IMG/VR virus record: IMGVR_UViG_3300030380_002211
Direction: 5' to 3' (one strand)
Origin: an uncultured virus (IMG/VR IMGVR_UViG_3300030380_002211)
Lineage: Duplodnaviria > Heunggongvirae > Uroviricota > Caudoviricetes
Length of the DNA stretch: 20,000 nt
Part shown: positions 1 to 7,832 of the stretch, one piece after another
Layout: every line of letters begins with the position of its first letter
How positions within the stretch are numbered: the stretch's first letter is position 1
Position numbers and translations under genes: made by a program
The notes under the pieces: model-generated
Database searches by the model: none
Told to the model about the DNA's origin: nothing
Seen by the model: the letters and a program-made list of their open reading frames with translations, nothing else

Positions 1-315
1 GACTTGTTTATATCCTGTCCAACATGCCTCTTGTTGTAACTCATCTGCCTCTTCTAAATTAATTGTTTCTTTAATATCTGCAGGTTTCATTCCATGTTTG
101 ATAACTAATTTAGAAGATGCACCAGTTGATATGAAAGGTATATCAGCATTTGCTAATTTCTTAAGCATATCTTTTGTCATCTTATCTAACATGTTACTCA
201 TTTTCTTAGCATTATCTATGGATATAGTTTTACCTCTCATAGGTTCATACTCTTTTTTAAGAGTTGCTAATTGTTGAACTGTAAATTCTTTTAATTCTTT
301 AAATGTTAATGGCAT
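1..315 (-). CDS. Partial CDS (N-terminal 105 codons, runs off the window); modular T4-like virion/internal-head-type protein
   Basis: Translated by hand from ATG at 315 (TAATG overlap with the upstream stop): MPLTFKELKEFTVQQLATLKKEY...LEEADELQQEACWTGYKQV, open to position 1. CWxGYK resembles a short module I recall from marine T4-like phage proteins. Confidence 0.7.
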   Translation of the reverse strand, partial: MPLTFKELKEFTVQQLATLKKEYEPMRGKTISIDNAKKMSNMLDKMTKDMLKKLANADIPFISTGASSKLVIKHGMKPADIKETINLEEADELQQEACWTGYKQV

Positions 316-1106
316 TATTTTAACCTCGAATAATATTTTTTGACTAAAGCATTTCTTTTTGTATAATCAGGTTCAGTTATGTGACCTCTTTGTTTATGTC
401 TTTTATCAATGTCTATCATGTCTTTGAATTCTTGAGAAGAACCAAATGCTCTTGCCAACATAATAGCATTTAAAGAATGGTCATTATCGTTTTCATTTGC
501 CTTAAAATCTGCTTTAGTGAAACCTGTTTTGTTTACTAATTTTAGTAGGTCTCTTTCTGTTAGATGATATACTTCTTCTTCTATTTCTAAACTTTCTACA
601 ACCTTTGCACTTTTGAAACCTATAAAGTTTCTGATATCTGCAACTTGTCTGTCAACGTGAACACCTCTACCATCAAGTGTGACAGAGTCGTCACTCATAT
701 TCTGTATGACATCTATTTTTGTTCCTCTACCTTTATTTTCAATGTCTATGTGCTTTTGAATTTTTTGTATTGTTTTATCAATGTTTTGTGGGTGAAGTTT
801 AATCTCTACTTTTTTCATTTCATGAAAAGTTTCTTCCCCGATGCCTATAACTGTATCACCTTTTACTTTAGAGTGAGGTCTAACTGGCACAATTTTAAGA
901 GGTTTCTTAACACCTACTTGTGTCTCTGCACCTTTCATATTGATTTGTGCATGTTTCTTTCCGTCTTGACCTTTATACAATCCTATGATTTTATTATCAC
1001 CGTCTATGATTGCATAGTCAAAATTTTCATTGATTTCGTCTTTTGGGTCCCTATATGCTCTTGCTTCAGAGAGAGCTTGGCCCATTGATTTTATTGTTTT
1101 ATACAT
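315..1106 (-). CDS. Hypothetical modular protein (263 aa), possibly an internal head protein
   Basis: Long ORF with AAGGA upstream, tightly packed in the operon. Short basic modules are separated by Glu-rich linkers (GIGEETFHE, VVESLEIEEE). No catalytic motif recognised. Confidence 0.65.
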   Translation of the reverse strand: MYKTIKSMGQALSEARAYRDPKDEINENFDYAIIDGDNKIIGLYKGQDGKKHAQINMKGAETQVGVKKPLKIVPVRPHSKVKGDTVIGIGEETFHEMKKVEIKLHPQNIDKTIQKIQKHIDIENKGRGTKIDVIQNMSDDSVTLDGRGVHVDRQVADIRNFIGFKSAKVVESLEIEEEVYHLTERDLLKLVNKTGFTKADFKANENDNDHSLNAIMLARAFGSSQEFKDMIDIDKRHKQRGHITEPDYTKRNALVKKYYSRLK

Positions 1107-1111
1107 TACAG

Positions 1112-3607
1112 TTATTCCTTGTTAAACCTTTTCTTATATTTATCTATTGTTCCACCTTCATTCTTGAATTTTTTCAAGTCCTTATAAGTTATTTTGTCAT
1201 TTGTCTTTCTAAAATTCTGAATTGGTTGGCCTGGAGTCATTTTCATTGTGTGTTGTGTATAGTCATCTGTGCCAATTTCATAACTTTCGTACTTAAATAC
1301 TTTACTTGTTGTACTAAAATTAGGTTTTCTCATGATAGTTTTATTTGTTACTTCAAACTCATTACCTTTCTTTCTGATAATAACAGGTAAATTTAAATTT
1401 GTTGACATATCTTTTAACACAGCTTCTATATCAGGATTATTTCTAATATTCGTTGCTTTATTTCTTTGTATTTTCTTAAAAAACTTTTGTAGTTCAGATA
1501 CTTTAATTGCTGGACTATTTCTAGTGTCGTTCATTCTATCTACAAAGTGTCTTGTAAACTCTATATCGACACCATACTTTTTGAGTATTCTATCTGCAAA
1601 TCTTTCTAAATCATTTATTTCTCTTTGTGATACACTTTCTTTCTGCATCTCTTTAGTTTTCTTTTTCATCTGTTCAATGTAAGCACGATAGATTGCAGCT
1701 TCTGCTTTCTTGCCCATTTCTTTTGCACGTTGTTCCATTGCAACAGCAGCTTGTATTTTGTGTGCATGAGTTTTGCCAGAGTTTTTAATCTTGGTTATAC
1801 TTGCCTTTGCAGTTGCAACATCTTTAAATCCAAGACCATGAATTGTACCTTTTGGGTTTTCATCTGTATATAAATCAGAATGTTTATCTGAACCTGCAGG
1901 TTGACCTTTCTTTCTAGGTATTCTTGGTGCTTCTTCTAATGATTTTAAATCATACAACCATGCCTTCTTAATAAGACCTTCTGTTTCATATGAAACATAA
2001 TTTGAACCTCGTCTTACAATTACACCCATTGAACCATCTACATGTTCAACTATATCACCAACATTAAATATATTTTCTTGATGATACTCTTCTCTTAAAA
2101 AGTTTGTAAAACTTTCTACATAACCTTCTCTTATACCCATGCCTTTTTTAACAGCATTAAATAATTCTTTTGTATCTCTGTCTGAAAGTCCAGTAACTCC
2201 TAATTTGAAGTTTCTGTAATCGTTGTTCTTTGCCATCTCTCTCATTTTAGAAGCTGACATTCCTGAAACACCTTCGGCATCTGGATCCCTTTCGCCTGAA
2301 GAAACTACTGTAACTTTTTTATAATTATAATCTCTACCATTGTATCTATCAGCAAGTGTTTGAAAATCTCGTATTCTATCACTACCTGCCACCATGATTA
2401 CTTCACCATACATTTTATCAAAAAATTTCAGTATCTCCATAAATGTTCTTTGTGTTCCACCAGCTGCTTTGATGTTATTTTGTGGGAACATCTTTTTTAG
2501 AAATTTAACTTTTGTATTTACATCTAATGGATTTTTTCGTTTGTCGGTTGAGGCACTAGCGTAAACAATGTGATTAGCGTTGTTCTTTCTAGCTTGTGCA
2601 ATCACCTCTTTCATCAGTTTAGCATGACCCGTAGTAGGAGGGTTAAACCTACCAAAAGCAAAAATTAATTTGGCGCTTTTATCCAATGCCTCTCCGACTG
2701 CCCTCGCTTCGCTTTGGGCATCATCAACACTTTTTAGTGAGTCTATCTCACTATCTGTTACTTTACCATCATCTAAAATCTTTTTACATTTTTTCAAGAA
2801 TGTAAGATAATGATATTTTTCTAACATTTTATAAACTACGTTTGCAGGTAATCTATTTTTAATACTATAAGTTTTAATTTCATCTGGTGTCATATCTGTA
2901 TCAAAAGCTGCTCTTCTTTCAAGGTCAACTTTGTTACCAATATCTGTTAAGTCTTGTATATCTTTTTCTATTTCACCTAGTTTATTACTAATTCTTTTTT
3001 CTAAGTCTTTAATCTCACCAGGTTTTAATTCTGTTAATTCATCATAGTCTATAATATCTCTTTTTAATTCACCCTTTAGCATATCTATTTTGTCAACTTG
3101 TTTTTGAAAGTCTTTTAGATATAAGTTAGGATTAAAATCAAATTCTTCTGGTCGTTTTACAAATGATTGACCTTTAATATCAAATACAGCATCTGCTTTT
3201 TCATTTTGTTCATCATAGGTTTTTTCGTCTGTAATAAAATAATAGTTTATAGGATGTTGAGTGCCAGGTATTAACTTACCTTGTATATTATCTGGATTAC
3301 TAGAAGCCAAATACTTTTTGGATAGTCTTAATCTTTCTTCTTCTTGTTTTTCTTCTGGCACATCAAACAAAACATTGATATCTAAATCAGCATCATTACG
3401 ATATCTTTTCGTAAGTATAGAACCTATCAAACTATACTTTAATATAGGATACTCTGATTCAAACTCTTTGAATTGTTCTGTAATTAATCTTATTACACTA
3501 TCTTTAATTTTAGGATTGCTTGTATCTTCGTCATCAAATACAGCAGGTGCATATGTACGTCTAGGTATATCAATGATTGATTCTTTAAATAGTCTAAAGC
3601 TTTTCAT
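1112..3607 (-). CDS. Multi-domain protein (831 aa): Pol-beta-type nucleotidyltransferase, helical region, HIGH-family cytidyltransferase-like domain, SH3/KOW-like domain and two further modules
   Basis: LIGS-x10-DLD (G62,S63,D74,D76) fits the Pol-beta NTase signature. FAFGRFNPPTTGH and MSASKMR are HxGH and KMSKS-like motifs. IFNVGDIVEH...KAWLYDL looks like a small beta-barrel. DLYTDENPKGTIHGLGFKD and FTRHFVDR modules lie downstream. Confidence 0.8.
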   Translation of the reverse strand: MKSFRLFKESIIDIPRRTYAPAVFDDEDTSNPKIKDSVIRLITEQFKEFESEYPILKYSLIGSILTKRYRNDADLDINVLFDVPEEKQEEERLRLSKKYLASSNPDNIQGKLIPGTQHPINYYFITDEKTYDEQNEKADAVFDIKGQSFVKRPEEFDFNPNLYLKDFQKQVDKIDMLKGELKRDIIDYDELTELKPGEIKDLEKRISNKLGEIEKDIQDLTDIGNKVDLERRAAFDTDMTPDEIKTYSIKNRLPANVVYKMLEKYHYLTFLKKCKKILDDGKVTDSEIDSLKSVDDAQSEARAVGEALDKSAKLIFAFGRFNPPTTGHAKLMKEVIAQARKNNANHIVYASASTDKRKNPLDVNTKVKFLKKMFPQNNIKAAGGTQRTFMEILKFFDKMYGEVIMVAGSDRIRDFQTLADRYNGRDYNYKKVTVVSSGERDPDAEGVSGMSASKMREMAKNNDYRNFKLGVTGLSDRDTKELFNAVKKGMGIREGYVESFTNFLREEYHQENIFNVGDIVEHVDGSMGVIVRRGSNYVSYETEGLIKKAWLYDLKSLEEAPRIPRKKGQPAGSDKHSDLYTDENPKGTIHGLGFKDVATAKASITKIKNSGKTHAHKIQAAVAMEQRAKEMGKKAEAAIYRAYIEQMKKKTKEMQKESVSQREINDLERFADRILKKYGVDIEFTRHFVDRMNDTRNSPAIKVSELQKFFKKIQRNKATNIRNNPDIEAVLKDMSTNLNLPVIIRKKGNEFEVTNKTIMRKPNFSTTSKVFKYESYEIGTDDYTQHTMKMTPGQPIQNFRKTNDKITYKDLKKFKNEGGTIDKYKKRFNKE

Positions 3608-4202
3608 TTTCTATATCCTTAATAATTTTGTTTGCAATATCTTTTGGTTCAGGACCTTCTGCCTTTATCTTTAAAAATGTTTTATTAACATCATTTGAAC
3701 TATCTTTTTCTAATTGTCTTAGAACTGGACCAGTTTCTTTTTCGTACACACCTATTCTATTTTTAATAATCTCTGGTTTATCATCTTTTCTACCACGAGC
3801 AGATAATCTTCTAATAACTTCTTTTTCTGATACATCTAAAAAGACAACATAATCATAGTTGACGTTCTCTTCTTTCATCTTGTTTAACTGTTCCATGTTT
3901 CTAGGAAAACCATCAAGTATATAACCTTTTTTTGTATCAGGTTTTTCTAGTCTATCTTTTAATGCTTTTATTACATATCTTAAAGGAACTAAATTACCAG
4001 CGTCCATTATCTTTGCAACTTCTGGATTTGTCTTTTGTAATTCTCTCATCATATCACCCATGTAGATATGAGGTATTTTAAAATGTTTATTTAAGAACTC
4101 TGAATAAGTTGATTTACCAGAACCAGGTCCACCAATCATTATGATACGAGTCATAGGCATATCAATCTCAATTGCTTCTAAAAATTGTTTTAGTGATTTC
4201 AT
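3594..4202 (-). CDS. adk: Adenylate kinase, short-LID type (about 202 aa)
   Basis: P-loop GGPGSGKST, GDMMR, GNLVP, GYILDGFPR and RLSARGRKDD. Start moved to ATG 4202 (MKSLKQFLEA), which overlaps the upstream stop (TAATG) and follows AAAGGA. Confidence 0.9.
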   Translation of the reverse strand: MKSLKQFLEAIEIDMPMTRIIMIGGPGSGKSTYSEFLNKHFKIPHIYMGDMMRELQKTNPEVAKIMDAGNLVPLRYVIKALKDRLEKPDTKKGYILDGFPRNMEQLNKMKEENVNYDYVVFLDVSEKEVIRRLSARGRKDDKPEIIKNRIGVYEKETGPVLRQLEKDSSNDVNKTFLKIKAEGPEPKDIANKIIKDIENEKL

Positions 4203-5434
4203 TATCCTTTTACCCAATCTTTGGCCATGTTAAAGTTTGCCTGACTAAATTCTAATCTATCAACTAACTTAACAGCACCACCTTTTTGTATTGCCACATA
4301 TCCTTCTGGATTTGTAACTTTGTATCCATTCTTTGTTCTTAGAAATGAACCAATACTTTGTATTGTATTTAATTTTTTTAGTAATACAGCCTTCGCTGTT
4401 TGAAATGTTATGTATGTTGCAATTGCAAAATATAGACCATCTCTATTTGGTCTTAATATTTTCATTCCTGCTTCTAGTATCTCTTCATACTTTTGTTTTG
4501 CCTTATCAGTTTTTTTACTATCAATTTCTTTTTTTAATCTGTTTCTAAAATATACTTCAAAATTATTTGCTAACTTTGATGTATTTGTAATCGCTGTACC
4601 TTGTCTTATGTAAGTATTAAAAAATGTTTTAAGTTGAACACCAAGAGATAAAGGACCAGTATCTTTTTTTAGTTTATCAATAAACGCACCTGCCTTATAA
4701 GCAGAACCCTCTGCCATTCTAATAACAGCATCAAATGATTTCTCTTCGTTAGAATTAAAAGCTGCAGTATCAGCTCTTTTGTAAGTTGCATCATCAAAGA
4801 ATACATTTTTATTCTTTTTTAAACTTCTGACGCTAGCGCCAAAAGATGCTTTTAGAGATGCCATTTTACTACCTGAGTATGATGTATGAAATATAATACC
4901 AAGTTGTGCCTTATCAATACTACTGTATAGAGAACTACCAAGTAATCCTGTTTTAACAACAGGCACAGCATATGTAATAGTGTTAGGTGTAAATACGATT
5001 GACTTTTGACCTGCGACTGTAGCAGTCTTTTTATCACCACTTGTAAATAGTAAGTCGCCTTGTAAGATTCCTGATATACCTAGAGATGGTAAAAGTTTTA
5101 AACAAATCTTTAATTTGTTCGCAAGTTCACCACTATGATTTCTACTAATATCAGCATTTGTATAGTTTATTTTAGGAGTAACATTAAATATAGATTTAGT
5201 GCCAACAAAGAACTTTTTGTTTTCTGGATTGATACCACAGAAGACTGCCGGCGCCCCGTCCCATTTTACTGAAACTGTGGATCCACCTGACCCTCCCTGT
5301 AACATTTGTTTGATAGACTTCAGAAATTCAATGGCTGTTTTAGCACCTTTGCTACCATTGTTAATTATTTCGTCTTCTAAATGCTCAAGATGTGTATTCT
5401 TATCTTCTACAAGATAATCTTGAAATTTCTGCAT
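4202..5434 (-). CDS. Conserved T4-like phage protein (410 aa) with ATP-dependent ligase / covalent nucleotidyltransferase motifs
   Basis: SVKWDGA (KxDG, K57), TKS, LQGDLLF, EGYVA and VKLV occur in the order of ligase motifs I, Ia, III, IV and V. GGAG RBS and promoters lie upstream. Confidence 0.7.
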   Translation of the reverse strand: MQKFQDYLVEDKNTHLEHLEDEIINNGSKGAKTAIEFLKSIKQMLQGGSGGSTVSVKWDGAPAVFCGINPENKKFFVGTKSIFNVTPKINYTNADISRNHSGELANKLKICLKLLPSLGISGILQGDLLFTSGDKKTATVAGQKSIVFTPNTITYAVPVVKTGLLGSSLYSSIDKAQLGIIFHTSYSGSKMASLKASFGASVRSLKKNKNVFFDDATYKRADTAAFNSNEEKSFDAVIRMAEGSAYKAGAFIDKLKKDTGPLSLGVQLKTFFNTYIRQGTAITNTSKLANNFEVYFRNRLKKEIDSKKTDKAKQKYEEILEAGMKILRPNRDGLYFAIATYITFQTAKAVLLKKLNTIQSIGSFLRTKNGYKVTNPEGYVAIQKGGAVKLVDRLEFSQANFNMAKDWVKG

Positions 5435-5467
5435 TATGCACTTTCTCCATTAATCTAATATGTATAT

Positions 5468-5496
5468 ATTATAACACAACTATTTATAAAAGTAAA
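5468..5496 (-). promoter_or_regulatory. Composite promoter: sigma70-like TTTACT-N17-TATAAT (extended -10) with a T4 late element TATAAATA inside the spacer
   Basis: Minus strand reads TTTACT TTTATAAATAGTTGTGT TATAAT. TATAAATA at 5488-5481, about 45 nt upstream of the 410-aa gene. Confidence 0.7.
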
Positions 5497-5559
5497 GTGT
5501 GTAACACTATAAAATGTCTAAAATTAGGGGGTACTATCATACACGAACAGCTCTTAACA

Positions 5560-5574
5560 CCGCCTAGCGGGCGG
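5560..5574. other. GC-rich hairpin in an intergenic region
   Basis: CCGCC-TAGCG-GGCGG inverted repeat 25 nt downstream of the 381-aa gene stop. No U-tract, so it is not a clear intrinsic terminator. Confidence 0.45.
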
Positions 5575-5599
5575 CTATGAGACGGCGATTCCATGGATA

Positions 5600-6745
5600 T
5601 TAGAATATTTTTATAAAAGGACCGTTTAAGTTACTAAATTCTTTTTTAGCCCCATAGTATAAAGTTTCTAACCACTTATCAAATTCACCCTTTTGAGATA
5701 TCGTTTGATACAAAGCAATCGTTCTTAGAGCATGTAATTTTGAGAATATTCTTCCTAATGTATTTCTGTCTCGTTCAAAGTTATTTAAACCTGTTATTAA
5801 GTTATTCTTAAAACTAGACTTTCTATCTCCGTATACTAATGGTGCATCCCAATTAACTTTTTGTCCTTCGATTTTAACATCTTTTATTTTATCGTAAAAA
5901 TTAGTCCAAAAATCTATTTGTTGTGAAGTAAATTTACCAGATGTGTTTATCATAGGGTCTTTTACTACTGAAGGAGGTAAATCTAAATTTAGTTTTTTTA
6001 GAAAAGGTCTTGTAGCTTCTACAGATGCTTTACCTAATTTTGCACCACCACTCTTTGGTGTTATATCAGTTTGAGGTCCAGTTGTTGGTTTAGAATATCT
6101 AAAACTTCTAACTTGTAAAGCATACTCTGATTCGCCTGCAAAAAATCTTAATGAAAATTCTCCTGTATCGAATAGTGGAGGTTTCTCCATATCTAAATCA
6201 CAATTCAAACTATTTGGTTTTAATTTAAATTCAATTTGTTTTTTCTTACCTAAATTAGCTTCTTCTATTTTTGCTTCTTTACTAGTTTTTGTTAAACCTT
6301 TTAGTGAGATAGGAATTAAAATTTTCTTAACTAATAATTCTTGCATAAGTAGATTTAACTTTTCTAACTTTGCCTGTTTTTCATCACTAGCATCTTTTAT
6401 TTTTTTAACTTGTTCTATGATTTTGTTTTCTTCTCGCTTTTTAACCATAACAATATCCATAGGATTCCAATTATCTTTTGTAGTAACACCCATCATTTTA
6501 GCTGCATCTTCTAAAATAGGCATGATACCATCATCTCTACTATAAGCATAATCTTTTTCATTGCCTAGATATTGTTTTAATGCTTTACCTTGTAATTGAT
6601 AATAGAAATACCATATCGCTGGCATATCTGGATATGCCTTCTGCTCTACAAATGCTATTGTAGGTTCTTTACCTTTTTCTATGAGTTCTTGAAAGAAAAC
6701 GAGTGAACCGTTTTCTTGTTTTTTTGTGTCTCTTGCATCAGCCAT
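5600..6745 (-). CDS. Hypothetical protein (381 aa), putative PD-(D/E)xK-like endonuclease
   Basis: N-terminal KKQE helix, DNWNPMDI and LIPISLK resemble the E...PxD...SxK variant of restriction-like nucleases. It is Lys-rich and has its own promoter. The CDS is solid; the function is tentative. Confidence 0.55.
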   Translation of the reverse strand: MADARDTKKQENGSLVFFQELIEKGKEPTIAFVEQKAYPDMPAIWYFYYQLQGKALKQYLGNEKDYAYSRDDGIMPILEDAAKMMGVTTKDNWNPMDIVMVKKREENKIIEQVKKIKDASDEKQAKLEKLNLLMQELLVKKILIPISLKGLTKTSKEAKIEEANLGKKKQIEFKLKPNSLNCDLDMEKPPLFDTGEFSLRFFAGESEYALQVRSFRYSKPTTGPQTDITPKSGGAKLGKASVEATRPFLKKLNLDLPPSVVKDPMINTSGKFTSQQIDFWTNFYDKIKDVKIEGQKVNWDAPLVYGDRKSSFKNNLITGLNNFERDRNTLGRIFSKLHALRTIALYQTISQKGEFDKWLETLYYGAKKEFSNLNGPFIKIF

Positions 6746-6750
6746 ACTAC

Positions 6751-6781
6751 TATTTATATACTAGCATAACTAATTTGTCAA
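6751..6781 (-). promoter_or_regulatory. Composite promoter TTGACA-N17-TATAAA overlapping T4 late consensus TATAAATA
   Basis: Minus strand reads TTGACA AATTAGTTATGCTAGTA TATAAATA GTAGT ATG. -35 at 6781-6776, TATAAATA at 6758-6751. Confidence 0.75.
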
Positions 6782-6784
6782 GCA

Positions 6785-7516
6785 TTAATTAGGGAATGCT
6801 TTGCCTTTAAATACTACTGATACATTTTCTTTATCACTTTCAACAGAACGTTGAGTGTAAGGTATTCTTGAGTCAAAGACTGTGACACGACCTTGTCTTG
6901 GCCAACATGACTTTATAATGTTTATGATTGGGTCACCATTGATGCCATAAGGTGTATTGATTGCTACTGCTTTCATTTCATCTGTAAAGTTAGGTGTCCA
7001 TAAATCTAGTGTGCCACCATCTTCTGGTTTAAAGTTTGGTGATAAGTTTACAATGACAGTATAACAATTACCTACTTTAGCAGTTTCATTAATTTCATCA
7101 TACTTTTTCTTATATATGTGAACATAAGAATCAATAAGGTCAATACCAGGATTTACTTGTTCCCAAAGGTCCTTAACCCAATCTTCGTCTAAGTAAATAT
7201 CTTGATAGTAGAGGTTCTCTGGTGTACTTACGTTAAATTTTTCTAAAGCACTATGATAATATCTTTTGATATCACTTTGAGGTATTGTATCGTCTGTATA
7301 TCGTATGACTTCACTAAAGTCACCACCTATTAAAGCATCAGCACTTACTGTATAAACTTTACCAGATTTAGTATCTGTAATTTCAAACTTACTAGGTTGT
7401 TCTGGATTACCTACTGATTCAATTGCAAACTTTTTTTCTTTTACTGCAACACCAGCATCTTCAGCTGAAGCTGTATCACCATCAGATACTCGGCCCATAT
7501 CAACTACTTTCGTCAT
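6785..7516 (-). CDS. 2OG-Fe(II) oxygenase-like protein with apparently degenerate active site (about 243 aa)
   Basis: YTVIVNL...EDGGTLDLW...PRQGRVTVFDSRIPY...SVVFK follows the pattern of phage prolyl-hydroxylase-like domains. Start moved to ATG 7516 behind GAGGAGA. Confidence 0.6.
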   Translation of the reverse strand: MTKVVDMGRVSDGDTASAEDAGVAVKEKKFAIESVGNPEQPSKFEITDTKSGKVYTVSADALIGGDFSEVIRYTDDTIPQSDIKRYYHSALEKFNVSTPENLYYQDIYLDEDWVKDLWEQVNPGIDLIDSYVHIYKKKYDEINETAKVGNCYTVIVNLSPNFKPEDGGTLDLWTPNFTDEMKAVAINTPYGINGDPIINIIKSCWPRQGRVTVFDSRIPYTQRSVESDKENVSVVFKGKAFPN

Positions 7517-7832
7517 TACCGGTCTCCTCTTCCTCTTCAAATAGTATCATAGTAATTAAACTGTAAATTGCCATGTCCATTAAGGTATCTTTAATACCTT
7601 CTTCTTTAAATTTAAATTCACCTTTCTTGATAAAGTTACTTATACGAGCATACTTATCACCCATACGAATAACAGAACCTTTCCAAGCAGAAATACCAGA
7701 TAATTCTGACAGTCGAAAGTTAGCAAAGATATCTTCGTTTGCACCATAATCATGTCTCTTCTTATCGTGCAACTCTCTTATGACATCTAAAATTTCATAA
7801 AACCTTTTACTTTGTTTATTCAAATTATCCAT
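7500..7832 (-). CDS. DUF1599 / nucleotide-modification-associated domain 1-like protein (110 aa)
   Basis: KKRHDYG...FANF...IRMGDKYARI...IKDTLMDMAIY pattern. Start moved to ATG 7832 behind AGGAG, overlapping the upstream stop (TAATG). Confidence 0.7.
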   Translation of the reverse strand: MDNLNKQSKRFYEILDVIRELHDKKRHDYGANEDIFANFRLSELSGISAWKGSVIRMGDKYARISNFIKKGEFKFKEEGIKDTLMDMAIYSLITMILFEEEEETGNDESS

